Origin: a virus | Virus record (IMG/VR): IMGVR_UViG_3300035182_000466 | Span: 1-64,000 of that record | DNA: 64,000 nt | Direction: 5' to 3' (one strand) | Shown here: one piece after another, positions 19,059 to 29,600 of the stretch | How positions within the stretch are numbered: position 1 is the first letter of the stretch | Layout of the letters: every line of letters starts with the position of its first letter | Notes under the pieces: generated by a model | What the model was told of the DNA's origin: nothing | Databases searched by the model: none | Seen by the model: the letters and a program-made list of their open reading frames with translations, nothing else | Position numbers and translations under genes: made by a program

Positions 19059-20603
19059 TTACAAATCTATATCAATATCTTCTTCTTTTACTTTGTTATT
19101 TTTACGTGAAGTATTCTTTTTTAACAAGTCCGCTACTCTTTTACGCTTTGCTTCTGGTGACAATGACTTTTTAACTTTAGCGTCCTTTACAATTTCTTTA
19201 GTCTTCTCTGTCAGAGACTTTTGCTGTGGTTGTTTTGGTTCTACTGTCACTCGACTAGCTGGACGTAAATGAGTTGTAACATCATCCTTATCTGAGATAT
19301 TTAGTTCTTGTGGTGCAATCTTACGATATTGACGGTACAGGAAGGCCCTATAACTATCTTCTAATTTCTTCTGAGCTTCTTTATCAAGTTTCATCTTAAT
19401 AGCAAACTCTTCTAATAAAGATCTATCATTATTGAATTTCTTGGCAATGTTGCCGCCTGCTGAATCATAGCTTCCAGGTGTATTAAGAACAAAATTTAAT
19501 GTCCATATTCTGCCTTCTGGAACAGGTCTATAACTCAGGCTTCCATTCTTTCCTATTTTAAACATTCTTTTTACATCAGCAAAAATACGAGCACCTATTT
19601 CATAGGCCTTTTCTTTAGTTTCTATCTTAGGCATTAGTTCTAACTTTAGAATGTTTCCATCAATATAAATTTTCTTTACATCTGGTGACTTAAGACCAGA
19701 TTTTTTAAGATCTTGTTCTGAGAAAGGTAAAGACTGAGGACGCAATAGATTTAAAGAATGAATGTCAGTTAGTTTAGTTATTACTTTATTAACCACACCC
19801 TTTACATTATCCTGCCAGTCACCATCAGTTAGATCAAGTTCTGGTGGCAAGTTATGAGAATCACTAGTATGAATTTGATACTTAAAACCAGAGTCTTTTA
19901 AAGCTATGGCCACAATTACAATATCAAAAACTTTCTTTACCCAGTCTTCATCATCTTTAAGTTCTGTCATTTGAATATAACAGAAGTATGCTAATACATG
20001 TTTATCTTTAAACTTAACAACCTTGGGATATACCATTATGTCACAACGTTCATAACGTCCCACAAGTTTAGTTTCCAGCTCTTCTTTAACCTTATTAATT
20101 ATAAACTTAATGTCTCTTGGTATAAGTTTATTACCTGTAGCTCTAAGTTCATTTAATAATGCTGCCTTAGTTTTCCTGCATTGATCCAATATTTTATTTA
20201 CATTCTTCATCTGTTCGGATAAGCCTGGAATTGATTTATACATAGACACATGTCGTGGCAATATACTACTTTCAAATGTAGATATTACATCATCCAGTTC
20301 TACAAGATCATCCCACGTTTTTGCTATCTTCTTTATATCTGCAGGCTTAGTTTGTATAACAATTTCTGGTACTACCTTAGACTTTTTGGTAGTCATTGTT
20401 CTTTCAGATGGTGATGTAGCAGCTAAGGCTTGAGATGTAAGTTTAATCATTATCTTTGACTTACTTATCTCAGATAATATGTTATCTAAAACCTCTGTCT
20501 TCTGCTTTAAATATTTCAATACATCTTCAACTACTTTTTTACTTTCATTTGGATTTCTAGCTTGATTATACTGAAATAGAAATCCTTCAGATATTCTTGA
20601 CAT
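19059..20603 (-). CDS. Hypothetical protein, possibly virion-associated
   Basis: 514-aa ORF in the structural block. Confidence 0.65.
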   Translation of the reverse strand: MSRISEGFLFQYNQARNPNESKKVVEDVLKYLKQKTEVLDNILSEISKSKIMIKLTSQALAATSPSERTMTTKKSKVVPEIVIQTKPADIKKIAKTWDDLVELDDVISTFESSILPRHVSMYKSIPGLSEQMKNVNKILDQCRKTKAALLNELRATGNKLIPRDIKFIINKVKEELETKLVGRYERCDIMVYPKVVKFKDKHVLAYFCYIQMTELKDDEDWVKKVFDIVIVAIALKDSGFKYQIHTSDSHNLPPELDLTDGDWQDNVKGVVNKVITKLTDIHSLNLLRPQSLPFSEQDLKKSGLKSPDVKKIYIDGNILKLELMPKIETKEKAYEIGARIFADVKRMFKIGKNGSLSYRPVPEGRIWTLNFVLNTPGSYDSAGGNIAKKFNNDRSLLEEFAIKMKLDKEAQKKLEDSYRAFLYRQYRKIAPQELNISDKDDVTTHLRPASRVTVEPKQPQQKSLTEKTKEIVKDAKVKKSLSPEAKRKRVADLLKKNTSRKNNKVKEEDIDIDL

Positions 20604-20616
20604 GTTAGCCCCCGTA

Positions 20617-21255
20617 CTACCTTTCTAAAGGTTTAACTTTTAAAATATTATATTTATCATTTTCTGTTTCTGTTGTATTGGTATCTATTACTTCAGTTGA
20701 GGTTGCATATACTCCATTTATAGAAAATATATCTTTAGCCCATTTACTACAAGATGGACACAATAACATGTTAGGATAGGCATCACTACGAAGAAAAGAC
20801 TCTCCACAATTACTACAAAATCTTACTGTAGGTTTTATATGTTCAAGTGGTGAATCGTATATTGGATCATCAATATCTTCAGGTTCTACAACCTTGTTTC
20901 GCTTAACTTGAGTCCTTACAGGTTTATTTGCCACAGGTTCATTTATTTCTATCTCAATATCTTCATCATCCAGCTCTTTTTTATTATTTTTATATGTCAT
21001 ATTTGGTTTTATCTTTGGGGTTACAGGACTTTTCTTACTGGTTAGAAACTTTTCTTTTATCTCCTTTGGAATCCGTTTAGCCCAAGTATAATTAAATAGC
21101 TCCTCTAGTTTAGGCGTCCACTTTTTACCAGAAGACTTTATAAAAAGTTTTGCTTTAACTTTAACAGCTAATTCAGACAAGTTCTTAACCTTACCTTTCA
21201 TTATCAACAAAACAAACTTATTTATTAGTCTTTCATTTTCTGTTAGGCGAGCCAC
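20617..21255 (-). CDS. Zn-ribbon-containing hypothetical protein
   Basis: C-terminal CSNCG...CPSC. Confidence 0.6.
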   Translation of the reverse strand: MARLTENERLINKFVLLIMKGKVKNLSELAVKVKAKLFIKSSGKKWTPKLEELFNYTWAKRIPKEIKEKFLTSKKSPVTPKIKPNMTYKNNKKELDDEDIEIEINEPVANKPVRTQVKRNKVVEPEDIDDPIYDSPLEHIKPTVRFCSNCGESFLRSDAYPNMLLCPSCSKWAKDIFSINGVYATSTEVIDTNTTETENDKYNILKVKPLER

Positions 21256-21265
21256 AATCTATCAC

Positions 21266-22372
21266 CTACCTTTCTAATAGTTTCAATTTTTTTAGTATTG
21301 TCTGAGTTTCTATATTTTGTATTAATCGACCTTGTACTGATGTCTTTATTAAGACGTCTTGAAAAGGTCCTTCATAAAAAGGTTGTATATCAAATACCAT
21401 CCACATCCTTTCCCAGGATGGGACATATACAATATCATTAACCTGAGGATTACTTATAACTGGCGGTAATTCAATGGTTATTGATTGAAGATTAAAAAAG
21501 CTAGTATAGTCTTTACTTATAGAAAACTGAGGAAAGTTAGCATGTATATCTATACCGAAGTCAAACTCTAAAAAGACATGAGTAAAAACGTCTTCTCGTA
21601 CTTGAATTTCTAAGGTAGTTCCTTTAGAAATATTAATCCATTCTTGAGTAAGTCTTTCTCCATGAATGTATAGATATGCATCTAATGGTGTAACATTATT
21701 ATAAATCCTATATCTCATTTTAGAGAAAAACTTAGGAACCTTTATATCAAAAGCAACATAGCTATTATCTATCTTCTTTTCAAATGAATTAGGAAAGCTA
21801 GTTTGATTTATCATGTATCCTTCATAAGAAGAAACTGTATGAGTAGTCAAGCTATAAAACTGTGATCCTATTGGTTGTAATAATGGTGTAAAGCCTGTTC
21901 TAAAACATATACCACAATCAACACCCTTATGAAATAAATTAGGAAATAAAGGATTTGGTGAAGCAGAGGATTCAGTAGTTTCATCCGAATCATCTAGTAA
22001 ATAATCCTCTTCATGCATCACCGAGTTTAATGGTTCTGTTGGCATTGTTCCAAACAATGGACTTTTTAACAAAGTTGAAAATGTAACTTCTGTAGGGCTA
22101 GCCTTTGGACTTACGTCAGAGTATTCTTTAAGATCAGGAGAAACTTCATAATTCAAAGAAGGTTGTTCTTCAGGTTTATTCATAGCATGGCAGGTACAAG
22201 TATACCCATTCTTTATCTGCTGATAGTAAAGAATAGGAGGACTATCTACTAGAAAAGAATTTTGCTGAAAATTTTGCCTAGCTTTCTGCAACTCATCCCT
22301 TCTTTGATCTGCGTATTTACCAATAAAGTTTTTAGCCATTATTGGATTTTTAGCGGACAGTCTTTGTACCAT
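21266..22372 (-). CDS. Probable neck/head-closure-like structural protein
   Basis: CTC...CGICFRTGF zinc motif and C-terminal NDIVYVPSWERMWMV beta strands; first gene of the minus block. Confidence 0.45.
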   Translation of the reverse strand: MVQRLSAKNPIMAKNFIGKYADQRRDELQKARQNFQQNSFLVDSPPILYYQQIKNGYTCTCHAMNKPEEQPSLNYEVSPDLKEYSDVSPKASPTEVTFSTLLKSPLFGTMPTEPLNSVMHEEDYLLDDSDETTESSASPNPLFPNLFHKGVDCGICFRTGFTPLLQPIGSQFYSLTTHTVSSYEGYMINQTSFPNSFEKKIDNSYVAFDIKVPKFFSKMRYRIYNNVTPLDAYLYIHGERLTQEWINISKGTTLEIQVREDVFTHVFLEFDFGIDIHANFPQFSISKDYTSFFNLQSITIELPPVISNPQVNDIVYVPSWERMWMVFDIQPFYEGPFQDVLIKTSVQGRLIQNIETQTILKKLKLLER

Positions 22373-22546
22373 ATTAATTTCCTCATAATACTTATGTGAT
22401 AATTTAAATATCTTATTTTAAATTACATAGATTTTAACTTCATAACCACAAAATACCTCATTTTCATATAATTTATATTATTATATAATTTAAATATATG
22501 ATAAGTAGTAACTGTAAATAATAATAGAGGAATAATAGAGGTAGTT

Positions 22547-23221
22547 ATGCTCATATTGTCAGATGATCCAGCAACACGGAATTATGGAAGATCCTTGATT
22601 GAAGTAGATGATAATATAAAAAATGATAAGTTGCGCTTTAAAATAAAGAAAGCGTGGCTAGTAAAGAGTACTATACTTAATACAGATGTCAAAGGTGACA
22701 TCTCAAAGATTTTAGCTAAGTTTTCAAAAAATGCAAGAAAAACATATAGAAAATATGGATTTAATTATTATGCGGCTGAGAGATTCATGCCTAGAGGTGG
22801 GGCTGGAACTGTTCAAGGCTGTGAAGTCATAGCTATGATGCTATGTCTGAATGTAAGAGCATTTAAAACCGCTGAAAGTAGGCTTTTACCTGCGGTTGTA
22901 TGGAAAACACAGATAAAAAGGTATTATGACTTAAAAGATTTATATAAACAGATAAAACCATGTCCTGATCACTTATTAGATGCAACTTTAATAGGATTAT
23001 ACACGGTATATTCACGGTTAAAAATAAAGCCATTTTCGACTTTAGATAAGAAGGATATAAAGTACATAATAACTAGGCTAAAGTCAATAGGTACAAGGAT
23101 AAAGGTAAAAGAAGATGAAAGTAAAAGACTTGAAAGGGAAGCTAGAAAAGAAGAAAAGAAAAAGACTTCTACTCCTAGAACAGTTAAGAACAAGAAAAAT
23201 AGAATCAAGCGAAGGTCTTGA
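22547..23221 (+). CDS. ruvC: RuvC-like Holliday junction resolvase
   Basis: ILSDDPATRNYG (first Asp), AAERF (Glu), DHLLDA (two Asp); basic C-terminal tail. Confidence 0.75.
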   Translation: MLILSDDPATRNYGRSLIEVDDNIKNDKLRFKIKKAWLVKSTILNTDVKGDISKILAKFSKNARKTYRKYGFNYYAAERFMPRGGAGTVQGCEVIAMMLCLNVRAFKTAESRLLPAVVWKTQIKRYYDLKDLYKQIKPCPDHLLDATLIGLYTVYSRLKIKPFSTLDKKDIKYIITRLKSIGTRIKVKEDESKRLEREARKEEKKKTSTPRTVKNKKNRIKRRS

Positions 23222-23810
23222 TAAGTTAAAGACCTTAGAAAGTGAAATACTCAGTTTAATCAAGAAAATAGAGGAAAAACCATTCGATGAATACGAAGTT
23301 ACAGATAAATCTATATCAGAAGAACGTGAGATATTACTTCAGGATTTTATGGAAAGTGTAGAAGCTAAAATTATGGTAATACGTCAATTATATGGTGTAG
23401 ATGAACCAGAGGCTTCAAAAAGAGAACTTACGGAACTGTTAGGCTTAATCAATGAGAACATAAAAATTCAAGGAGATGAGATTAATAGATTATCTAAAGT
23501 ACACAAAGATTATAATGATCATAAAGATATATCTGTTGGTAAATCGTTATTAAAATCTACATCTTCATCTACATCAAAAAAGATATATGTAAAAAGAAGA
23601 AGTAAGGAAAAATCTGAAATAGATAAATGGAATGATAAACTAGATAAACTAATATTATTAGAAAGTAAAAAAGAAAAAAGAGCGTTAGAACAAAAAGAAA
23701 AAATGGAAGCAAAGAGAATTTTTCGTAGGAAAAAGGAAAATTTTCAAAAAATATCAGGTAGTTATGTTAAGAAAAAAAATAATAAAAAATCCATAGAAAT
23801 GCCGTTTTGA
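23115..23810 (+). CDS. Lys/Glu-rich helical hypothetical protein
   Basis: 231-aa ORF overlapping the RuvC-like gene's 3' end; very basic termini. Confidence 0.6.
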   Translation: MKVKDLKGKLEKKKRKRLLLLEQLRTRKIESSEGLDKLKTLESEILSLIKKIEEKPFDEYEVTDKSISEEREILLQDFMESVEAKIMVIRQLYGVDEPEASKRELTELLGLINENIKIQGDEINRLSKVHKDYNDHKDISVGKSLLKSTSSSTSKKIYVKRRSKEKSEIDKWNDKLDKLILLESKKEKRALEQKEKMEAKRIFRRKKENFQKISGSYVKKKNNKKSIEMPF

Positions 23811-23910
23811 CAAGAAAATCTTTGTAATTTAAATATACATAAATGTAAATATATATGTGTGGTTATAATTTTTATAGTACAAACAATAATCCTATTGTTT
23901 TTAGTATAAA

Positions 23911-25203
23911 GATTATAACCCGGCACTGCGTTTCCACAAAGTGTACTTACACGGGAAACAACCATCACAAGAGATGGCGTCACCAGTGCACGTCGAGCCG
24001 ATAAAATGGTGGGCTGCGTTATTTGATTCAACAGGTGTGATTCTACCTGGAATAACGTAACGGGGAATCGAATCAAAAGATGAAGTCATAGAGTTGCTCC
24101 TGTTAAGACCATAGTCTCTTGCTGAAGATGAAGGCCATAGCAATGAATAGACCGTGAGGTCTTCCGAATAGATGGTTACTATTCGGCTATCACGATACAT
24201 TGTTCTTGAGCTCACAGGATGGGCCTCGACATGATATGGCGCAAGATGTAACCACTATGCTCTAATGCTGATAGTCCATGATAAGGATATGAAGGTTGGT
24301 AATCGAGGTTACTAAACAGGCAGAATTGTAATCATGGATATCGTACTACATGGCATGTATAACAGGATTGATGTAAGGTCGCATGTACCTATTATGGATA
24401 ACTATACTAACTTTGGCACTAGTTATATCTAGGACATGGACAAGATAAGTTTATATATTTCGAGAGAGTATATAGACAAAGTTATAGTCAGAACTACCAA
24501 AGTAGAGGGAGATACTCGCCACTAGGTAAACAGGATTTCTCGTCATATAAGACAATCAATCATTGCAATGACAAATAGAAATCTAAGCGTTTTAAGTGGG
24601 AACTGATAGGAATAGTATATCAGCAGGCTCCTGAAAATGGCCTATAACACCTACATCAGATATAATGACCTCTGCCTGTGGAGAGCTTACAGGTTCTGGA
24701 ATATGAAAGCAGAGTGACATCTGTGAAAGCGGACCAGACCGCAAGTCTACGTGAATGTTATTATCAAAGATCGCCGTTATATACGTTATGCCTGACAACT
24801 TAATGTATATAAATGTTGATATTCTTCTAGTCAAAGAGTATTAAAGGATCTGAGGTAATGTTAATCAGCGGACGTAGCCAACGTTTTGTTAAACGTTGAA
24901 CCTTTAAGAAGAGTCTCTTAAAGGCCGTAGTCAGGGATGGTAGCCCTGCCAATAATTTATACCATTTCCAGAAAGAAAGACCACCCGTCCTAGACCTAGG
25001 GAATTATCAATATTATCGTATGCAACTCCGATTTGATGCCTCGGGAGAGGTATCGGGTATTTGAAGGAGCGTTTTTATGCGAGTTCAAGTACTTGGCTGT
25101 AACGCTAGACCTGGAGGCCATAAGTTGATAATTCGAGGTAAAAACTCGATAAATTCCCTCAACCGAGGGGATTGTTCCGACCGGCTCTATCGGTATTATA
25201 ATC
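23911..25203 (+). ncRNA. Putative large (~1.3 kb) structured non-coding RNA, family unknown
   Basis: No credible ORF; GC visibly above the flanks; about 20 helices; several GNRA loops; G-U pairs that work only on the + strand; 5'/3' closing helix GATTATAA (23911-18) / TTATAATC (25196-203); TGTAATTT motif upstream. Confidence 0.75.
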
Positions 25204-25257
25204 CCATAGGCTTTCAAAACTTCCATAAAACTCCAAAATTCAAAAAAAGATTAGATA

Positions 25258-25645
25258 GCGTTGCGAAGCAACGCAAAGCTAAACGAAGTTTAGATTTAAT
25301 TAAAACGTACACAACATTAGGTAAGATACAATAGATGTTGGTTTATATCGTATCGGCTTTATATAGTATCGGCTTTAGATCTTTTCAGGTTTTAAGCACC
25401 TCCTCAGCTTATCCGTACCGGCTAATCTCATCCAATCTTTACCAAACCCAAAGATCCTACCAAAACGAAGTAATTCCTATCTATGTTATTCTATATCTGA
25501 CCTCAATAGTTTTAAAATTCTTATTCTTGTTGTCTAAAGCCAACAAGGGCTTGAGCTTACGCTCCAGCATCTGCTCTTTAAGAGCATTAAAGTCAAAACC
25601 TTGCACTCGTTGGCGCAGCGCAGCGCAGCGCAGCTCGGCGCCACT
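25258..25645. repeat. Cluster of DNA hairpins and short repeats (origin/terminus-like)
   Basis: GCGTTGC-GAA-GCAACGC (25258-74), CTAAAC-GAA-GTTTAG (25279-93), GTATCGGCTTTA twice (25350, 25366), and (GCGCA)4 inside TGGCGC/GCGCCA (25611-43). Confidence 0.55.
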
Positions 25646-25742
25646 TCAAGAGTTTTGCATTTTTTATACGTCATCTAGATAACGAATTATATAATTTATA
25701 ATATAATAATGTTATTGTTTATAATGTAATGGAGGTAAATAT

Positions 25743-25994
25743 ATGGCAATAGTTCAGCCCGTTAAACTTGTATATGATGAACATGGAGAAGTTATAGCTA
25801 TCTCTGAAATGGTTCCTGGTGATATGATTCAAAAATCATACTTAACTCAAGGTATGGACGTAGACGGAGGATCTATGACTGATAACTTTAGATCCCTTGA
25901 TGAAAATGTGGATGGTGGAGTATTTTCAGATGCATATGCGTCAGATGACGTAGTCTTTGATTCAGGGCCATTAAATAATGGACTTCAGCAATAA
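25743..25994 (+). CDS. Small acidic protein with repeated VDGG motifs
   Basis: GGAGG RBS; two VDGG motifs plus FDSG. Confidence 0.7.
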   Translation: MAIVQPVKLVYDEHGEVIAISEMVPGDMIQKSYLTQGMDVDGGSMTDNFRSLDENVDGGVFSDAYASDDVVFDSGPLNNGLQQ

Positions 25995-26024
25995 TCTCAA
26001 TAAATAAAGATATGGAGGTGCGAT

Positions 26025-26621
26025 TTGAGTAATAAGATACAGATTCGTCGTGGTACAGATGCAGAAAGAATGCGGACTATCTTGGCAAATGGGGAACCGG
26101 CCTGGACTACAGATACAAATAAACTGTATATAGGTGACGGTGTTACTTTGGGCGGAAGGCTAGTAAACGATGGGAATATTCCTTATGGTAGAAATGCCTA
26201 TAGTGCTCGGTTTAATTCACAGGTTAATGTAGCATCAGTGGTGGACGCCTTGGACTTTATCTTTGACTTTGTAGACAACATGGCAGTATCTTATTTCGCT
26301 GGCGAATCATTATCAAATGAACCTATTGTAAATGATATTGATTTCGCTAAGTCTTTATCTATGTCAGCTTTACCATCAGGACAGAAAACTGTTGATGTAA
26401 TTCACTTTAGTAATTCAACTTATAGAGTATTCATGTATCCTATGGCCTTTGGTCCTATCCTAGATATACAGGATCCAGGATTTAATTTTGTCTCAATCCG
26501 TAATGCGTATGAACCAATTCCTAGACAAGTTACTTATCAGGGAACTGTATTTTATGTTTATTTTACTCAAGATCCAGCATTAAGTTTAAGTGGTAAAACT
26601 ATTAGGTACGTATTAGCCTAA
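26025..26621 (+). CDS. Fibre protein with Mtd_N/hyaluronidase-N-like domain
   Basis: IQIRRGT...GEPAWTTDTNKLYIGDG; TTG start after GGAGG. Confidence 0.75.
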   Translation: MSNKIQIRRGTDAERMRTILANGEPAWTTDTNKLYIGDGVTLGGRLVNDGNIPYGRNAYSARFNSQVNVASVVDALDFIFDFVDNMAVSYFAGESLSNEPIVNDIDFAKSLSMSALPSGQKTVDVIHFSNSTYRVFMYPMAFGPILDIQDPGFNFVSIRNAYEPIPRQVTYQGTVFYVYFTQDPALSLSGKTIRYVLA

Positions 26622-26647
26622 AATAATAAAAAAGAGAAGGAGAGTGT

Positions 26648-29600
26648 ATGCTAGGAAATCCTATTTCTAGTCAGCTTTATGTAGACTTGCTGCACAAAAG
26701 TCTCGACTCTCGATTAAGCGTAGATACAATAGCGCAACGAGACGCAATTGATGCAGCGTATCGCTACAAAGGAATGGTTGTTTATGTTAAGGAAGTTGAT
26801 AAGCACTATGAATTTAGAATCATAGGATCTGAAACAACTTCTGCGTATGCTTCAAACGCTAACTGGTTTGAAGTATCTTTCCATTTACACGAAAATAAAA
26901 ACGCCATTGATTTTATTAATGTAGATGGAAATGGTAATCCTACATGGAACAATTCTGCATGGCCAGGATCTAATAGTGGAATTCCTGGGCCACAAGGTCC
27001 ACAAGGTTTTATAGGAATGACTGGACCACAAGGCGCTACTGGATCACAAGGTCCAGCTGGCGTTAATGGTGTTAATGGTTCAATTGGACCTCAAGGTCCA
27101 CAAGGTGCTCAAGGGCCACAGGGCCAAAAAGGTGATGCAGGTGCTGATTTAGTTTTTTCTGGAGCTTGGGATGCAACATACACCTATAACGTTAATAGCT
27201 TAGTAACGTATCAAGGTAGTTCTTATGTTACCATTAAACCTGCTACTGGTATAGTTCCAACAGATTCAGTATATTGGACTAAAATGACAGAAGCTGGTAC
27301 TGATGGAGCTCAAGGTCCACAAGGTTCTCGAGGTCCACAAGGAGAAACTGGATATCAAGGACCACAAGGTTATACTGGTGCAGATTCTACAGTAGCAGGT
27401 CCACAGGGACCTCAAGGTCCGCAAGGGAATCAAGGGCTTATGGGACCTCAAGGTTTAACCGGAGCTGATTCAAATGTTCCAGGACCTCAAGGCCAAATGG
27501 GTAATCAAGGTCCACAAGGTCCACAAGGTAATCAGGGTATTCAGGGTACACAAGGTAATCAGGGTACTCAGGGTCTTAAAGGTGACAAAGGAGATAAAGG
27601 AGATAAAGGAGATACTGGAGCTAACTCCACAGTACCTGGTCCACAAGGCTTAACTGGACCACAAGGAACTCAAGGTCCACAAGGTGTAGCTGGACCACAA
27701 GGATACCAAGGAGCTCTTGGATTAACAGGTGCTACTGGTCCACAAGGATCACAAGGTAATCAAGGAACACAAGGTCCACAGGGTAATCAAGGACAACAAG
27801 GTCAACAAGGTCCACAAGGATCACAAGGTACTACTGGAGAAACTGGTGATCAAGGACCACAAGGTCCACAAGGTGATACTGGTCCACAAGGCTATACCGG
27901 GTCACAGGGGCCACAAGGTCCAAAAGGCGATACCGGATTACGAGGTTATCAAGGTGCTCAAGGCTTACAAGGTTCAGTAGGACCTCAAGGTGCACGTGGT
28001 TATCAAGGTCCTGTTGGTAGTATTGGTATGCAAGGCCCACAAGGTTACACTGGTGTTACTGGTCCAATAGGACCACAAGGACCACAAGGTGTTGGTGTTG
28101 ATGGTTCAGTAGGTCCACAAGGGCCACAAGGATCTGCCGGACGAATCGGTCCACAAGGACCACAAGGATATCAAGGTGTACAAGGTACACAAGGCCATCA
28201 AGGATATCAAGGTGAACCATCTACAGTCCAAGGTCCACAAGGAACACAAGGGTATCAAGGATACCAAGGACCACAAGGATATCAAGGTGTACAAGGTGCT
28301 CAATCATCTGTTCAGGGTCCACAAGGTACACAAGGTCCACAAGGTACACAGGGTGTTACTGGTAGCACTGGAACACAAGGTGTTCAAGGTCCACAAGGTA
28401 CACAAGGATATCAAGGCTATACTGGTATAGCCGGTCCTGTCGGCTCGCAAGGTCCACAAGGTCCACAAGGTCCACAAGGTCCACAAGGACAACAAGGTCC
28501 ACAAGGTCCACAAGGTCCACAAGGACAACAAGGTCCACAAGGCTCACAAGGATCACAAGGACAACAAGGGTATCAAGGATACCAAGGATACCAAGGCACA
28601 CAAGGAACTTCAGGTAAAGGATTTACTTTATCTAAAGTTTATACCTCTGTAGCGGAACTTAACTCTGATAGTTCACCTACTGGTATAAACGTAGGAGAGT
28701 TTGCTATTATTAATACCGGAAACATAGATGATGTAGATAACGGAAAGTTATATCTATGGAATGGTTCTAGTTATCAATACCTAGTAGATTTATCAGGAGT
28801 TCAAGGAATACAAGGACCTCAGGGCTTAACTGGTTTAACTGGAGCACAAGGTGAAGCTTCTACAGTTCCTGGGCCTCAAGGATTAACCGGTCCACAAGGA
28901 CCACAAGGTACACAAGGTTCACAAGGAAACCCATCTACTGTTCCTGGACCACAAGGTCCACAAGGATTAACCGGTCCACAAGGACCACAAGGTGATAAGG
29001 GTGATAAAGGTGATACTGGCTCTCAAGGACCTCAAGGTCTAATCGGCCCTCAAGGTCCACAAGGTTTAACTGGAGCTGACTCAACTGTTCAAGGTCCACA
29101 AGGACCACAAGGTTATCTTGGATTAACCGGTCCACAGGGACAACAGGGACCACAGGGAGCACCATCTACTGTTCAAGGTCCACAAGGACCACAAGGTGAT
29201 CTTGGATTAACCGGTCCACAGGGACCACAGGGAGCACCATCTACTGTTCAAGGTCCACAAGGACCACAAGGTGATCTTGGATTAACCGGTCCACAGGGAC
29301 CACAGGGAGCACCATCTACTGTTCAAGGTCCACAAGGTGATGTAGGTCCACAGGGACCACAGGGAGCACAGGGAGCACCATCTACTGTTCAAGGACCACA
29401 AGGTAATCTTGGATTAACCGGTCCACAGGGACCTCAAGGTTCACAAGGAAACCCATCTACTGTTCCTGGACCACAAGGTCCACAAGGATTAACCGGTCCA
29501 CAAGGACCACAGGGACCACAAGGTGCTCAAGGTGCTCAAGGTCCACAAGGAGACCCATCTACTGTTCCTGGACCACAAGGTAAAGATGGAGTTGATGGCG

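Noticed and set aside
24478-24495. Group I intron S-like segment AAGTTATAGTC
   Set aside because: No matching R element (GACTA) upstream and no flanking exons.
24709-24750. c-di-GMP-I riboswitch-like GAAA/GCAA hairpins
   Set aside because: It lacks the GGCAAA...GACGCAAAG consensus and is not in a 5' UTR.
23986-25190. Group II intron (GAGCCG...CGGCTC resembles the base of domain V)
   Set aside because: No contiguous 34-nt domain V, no GUGYG 5' end, no maturase and no interrupted gene. A permuted form cannot be fully excluded without a covariance-model search.
23762-25682. Short ORFs across the ncRNA/origin region (23762, 23913, 24592, 24996, 25077, 25335)
   Set aside because: They are short, overlap on both strands, have atypical composition and no recognisable motifs; the dense helices explain the sequence better. 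25077 has a GGAG upstream, but it lies within a predicted stem.
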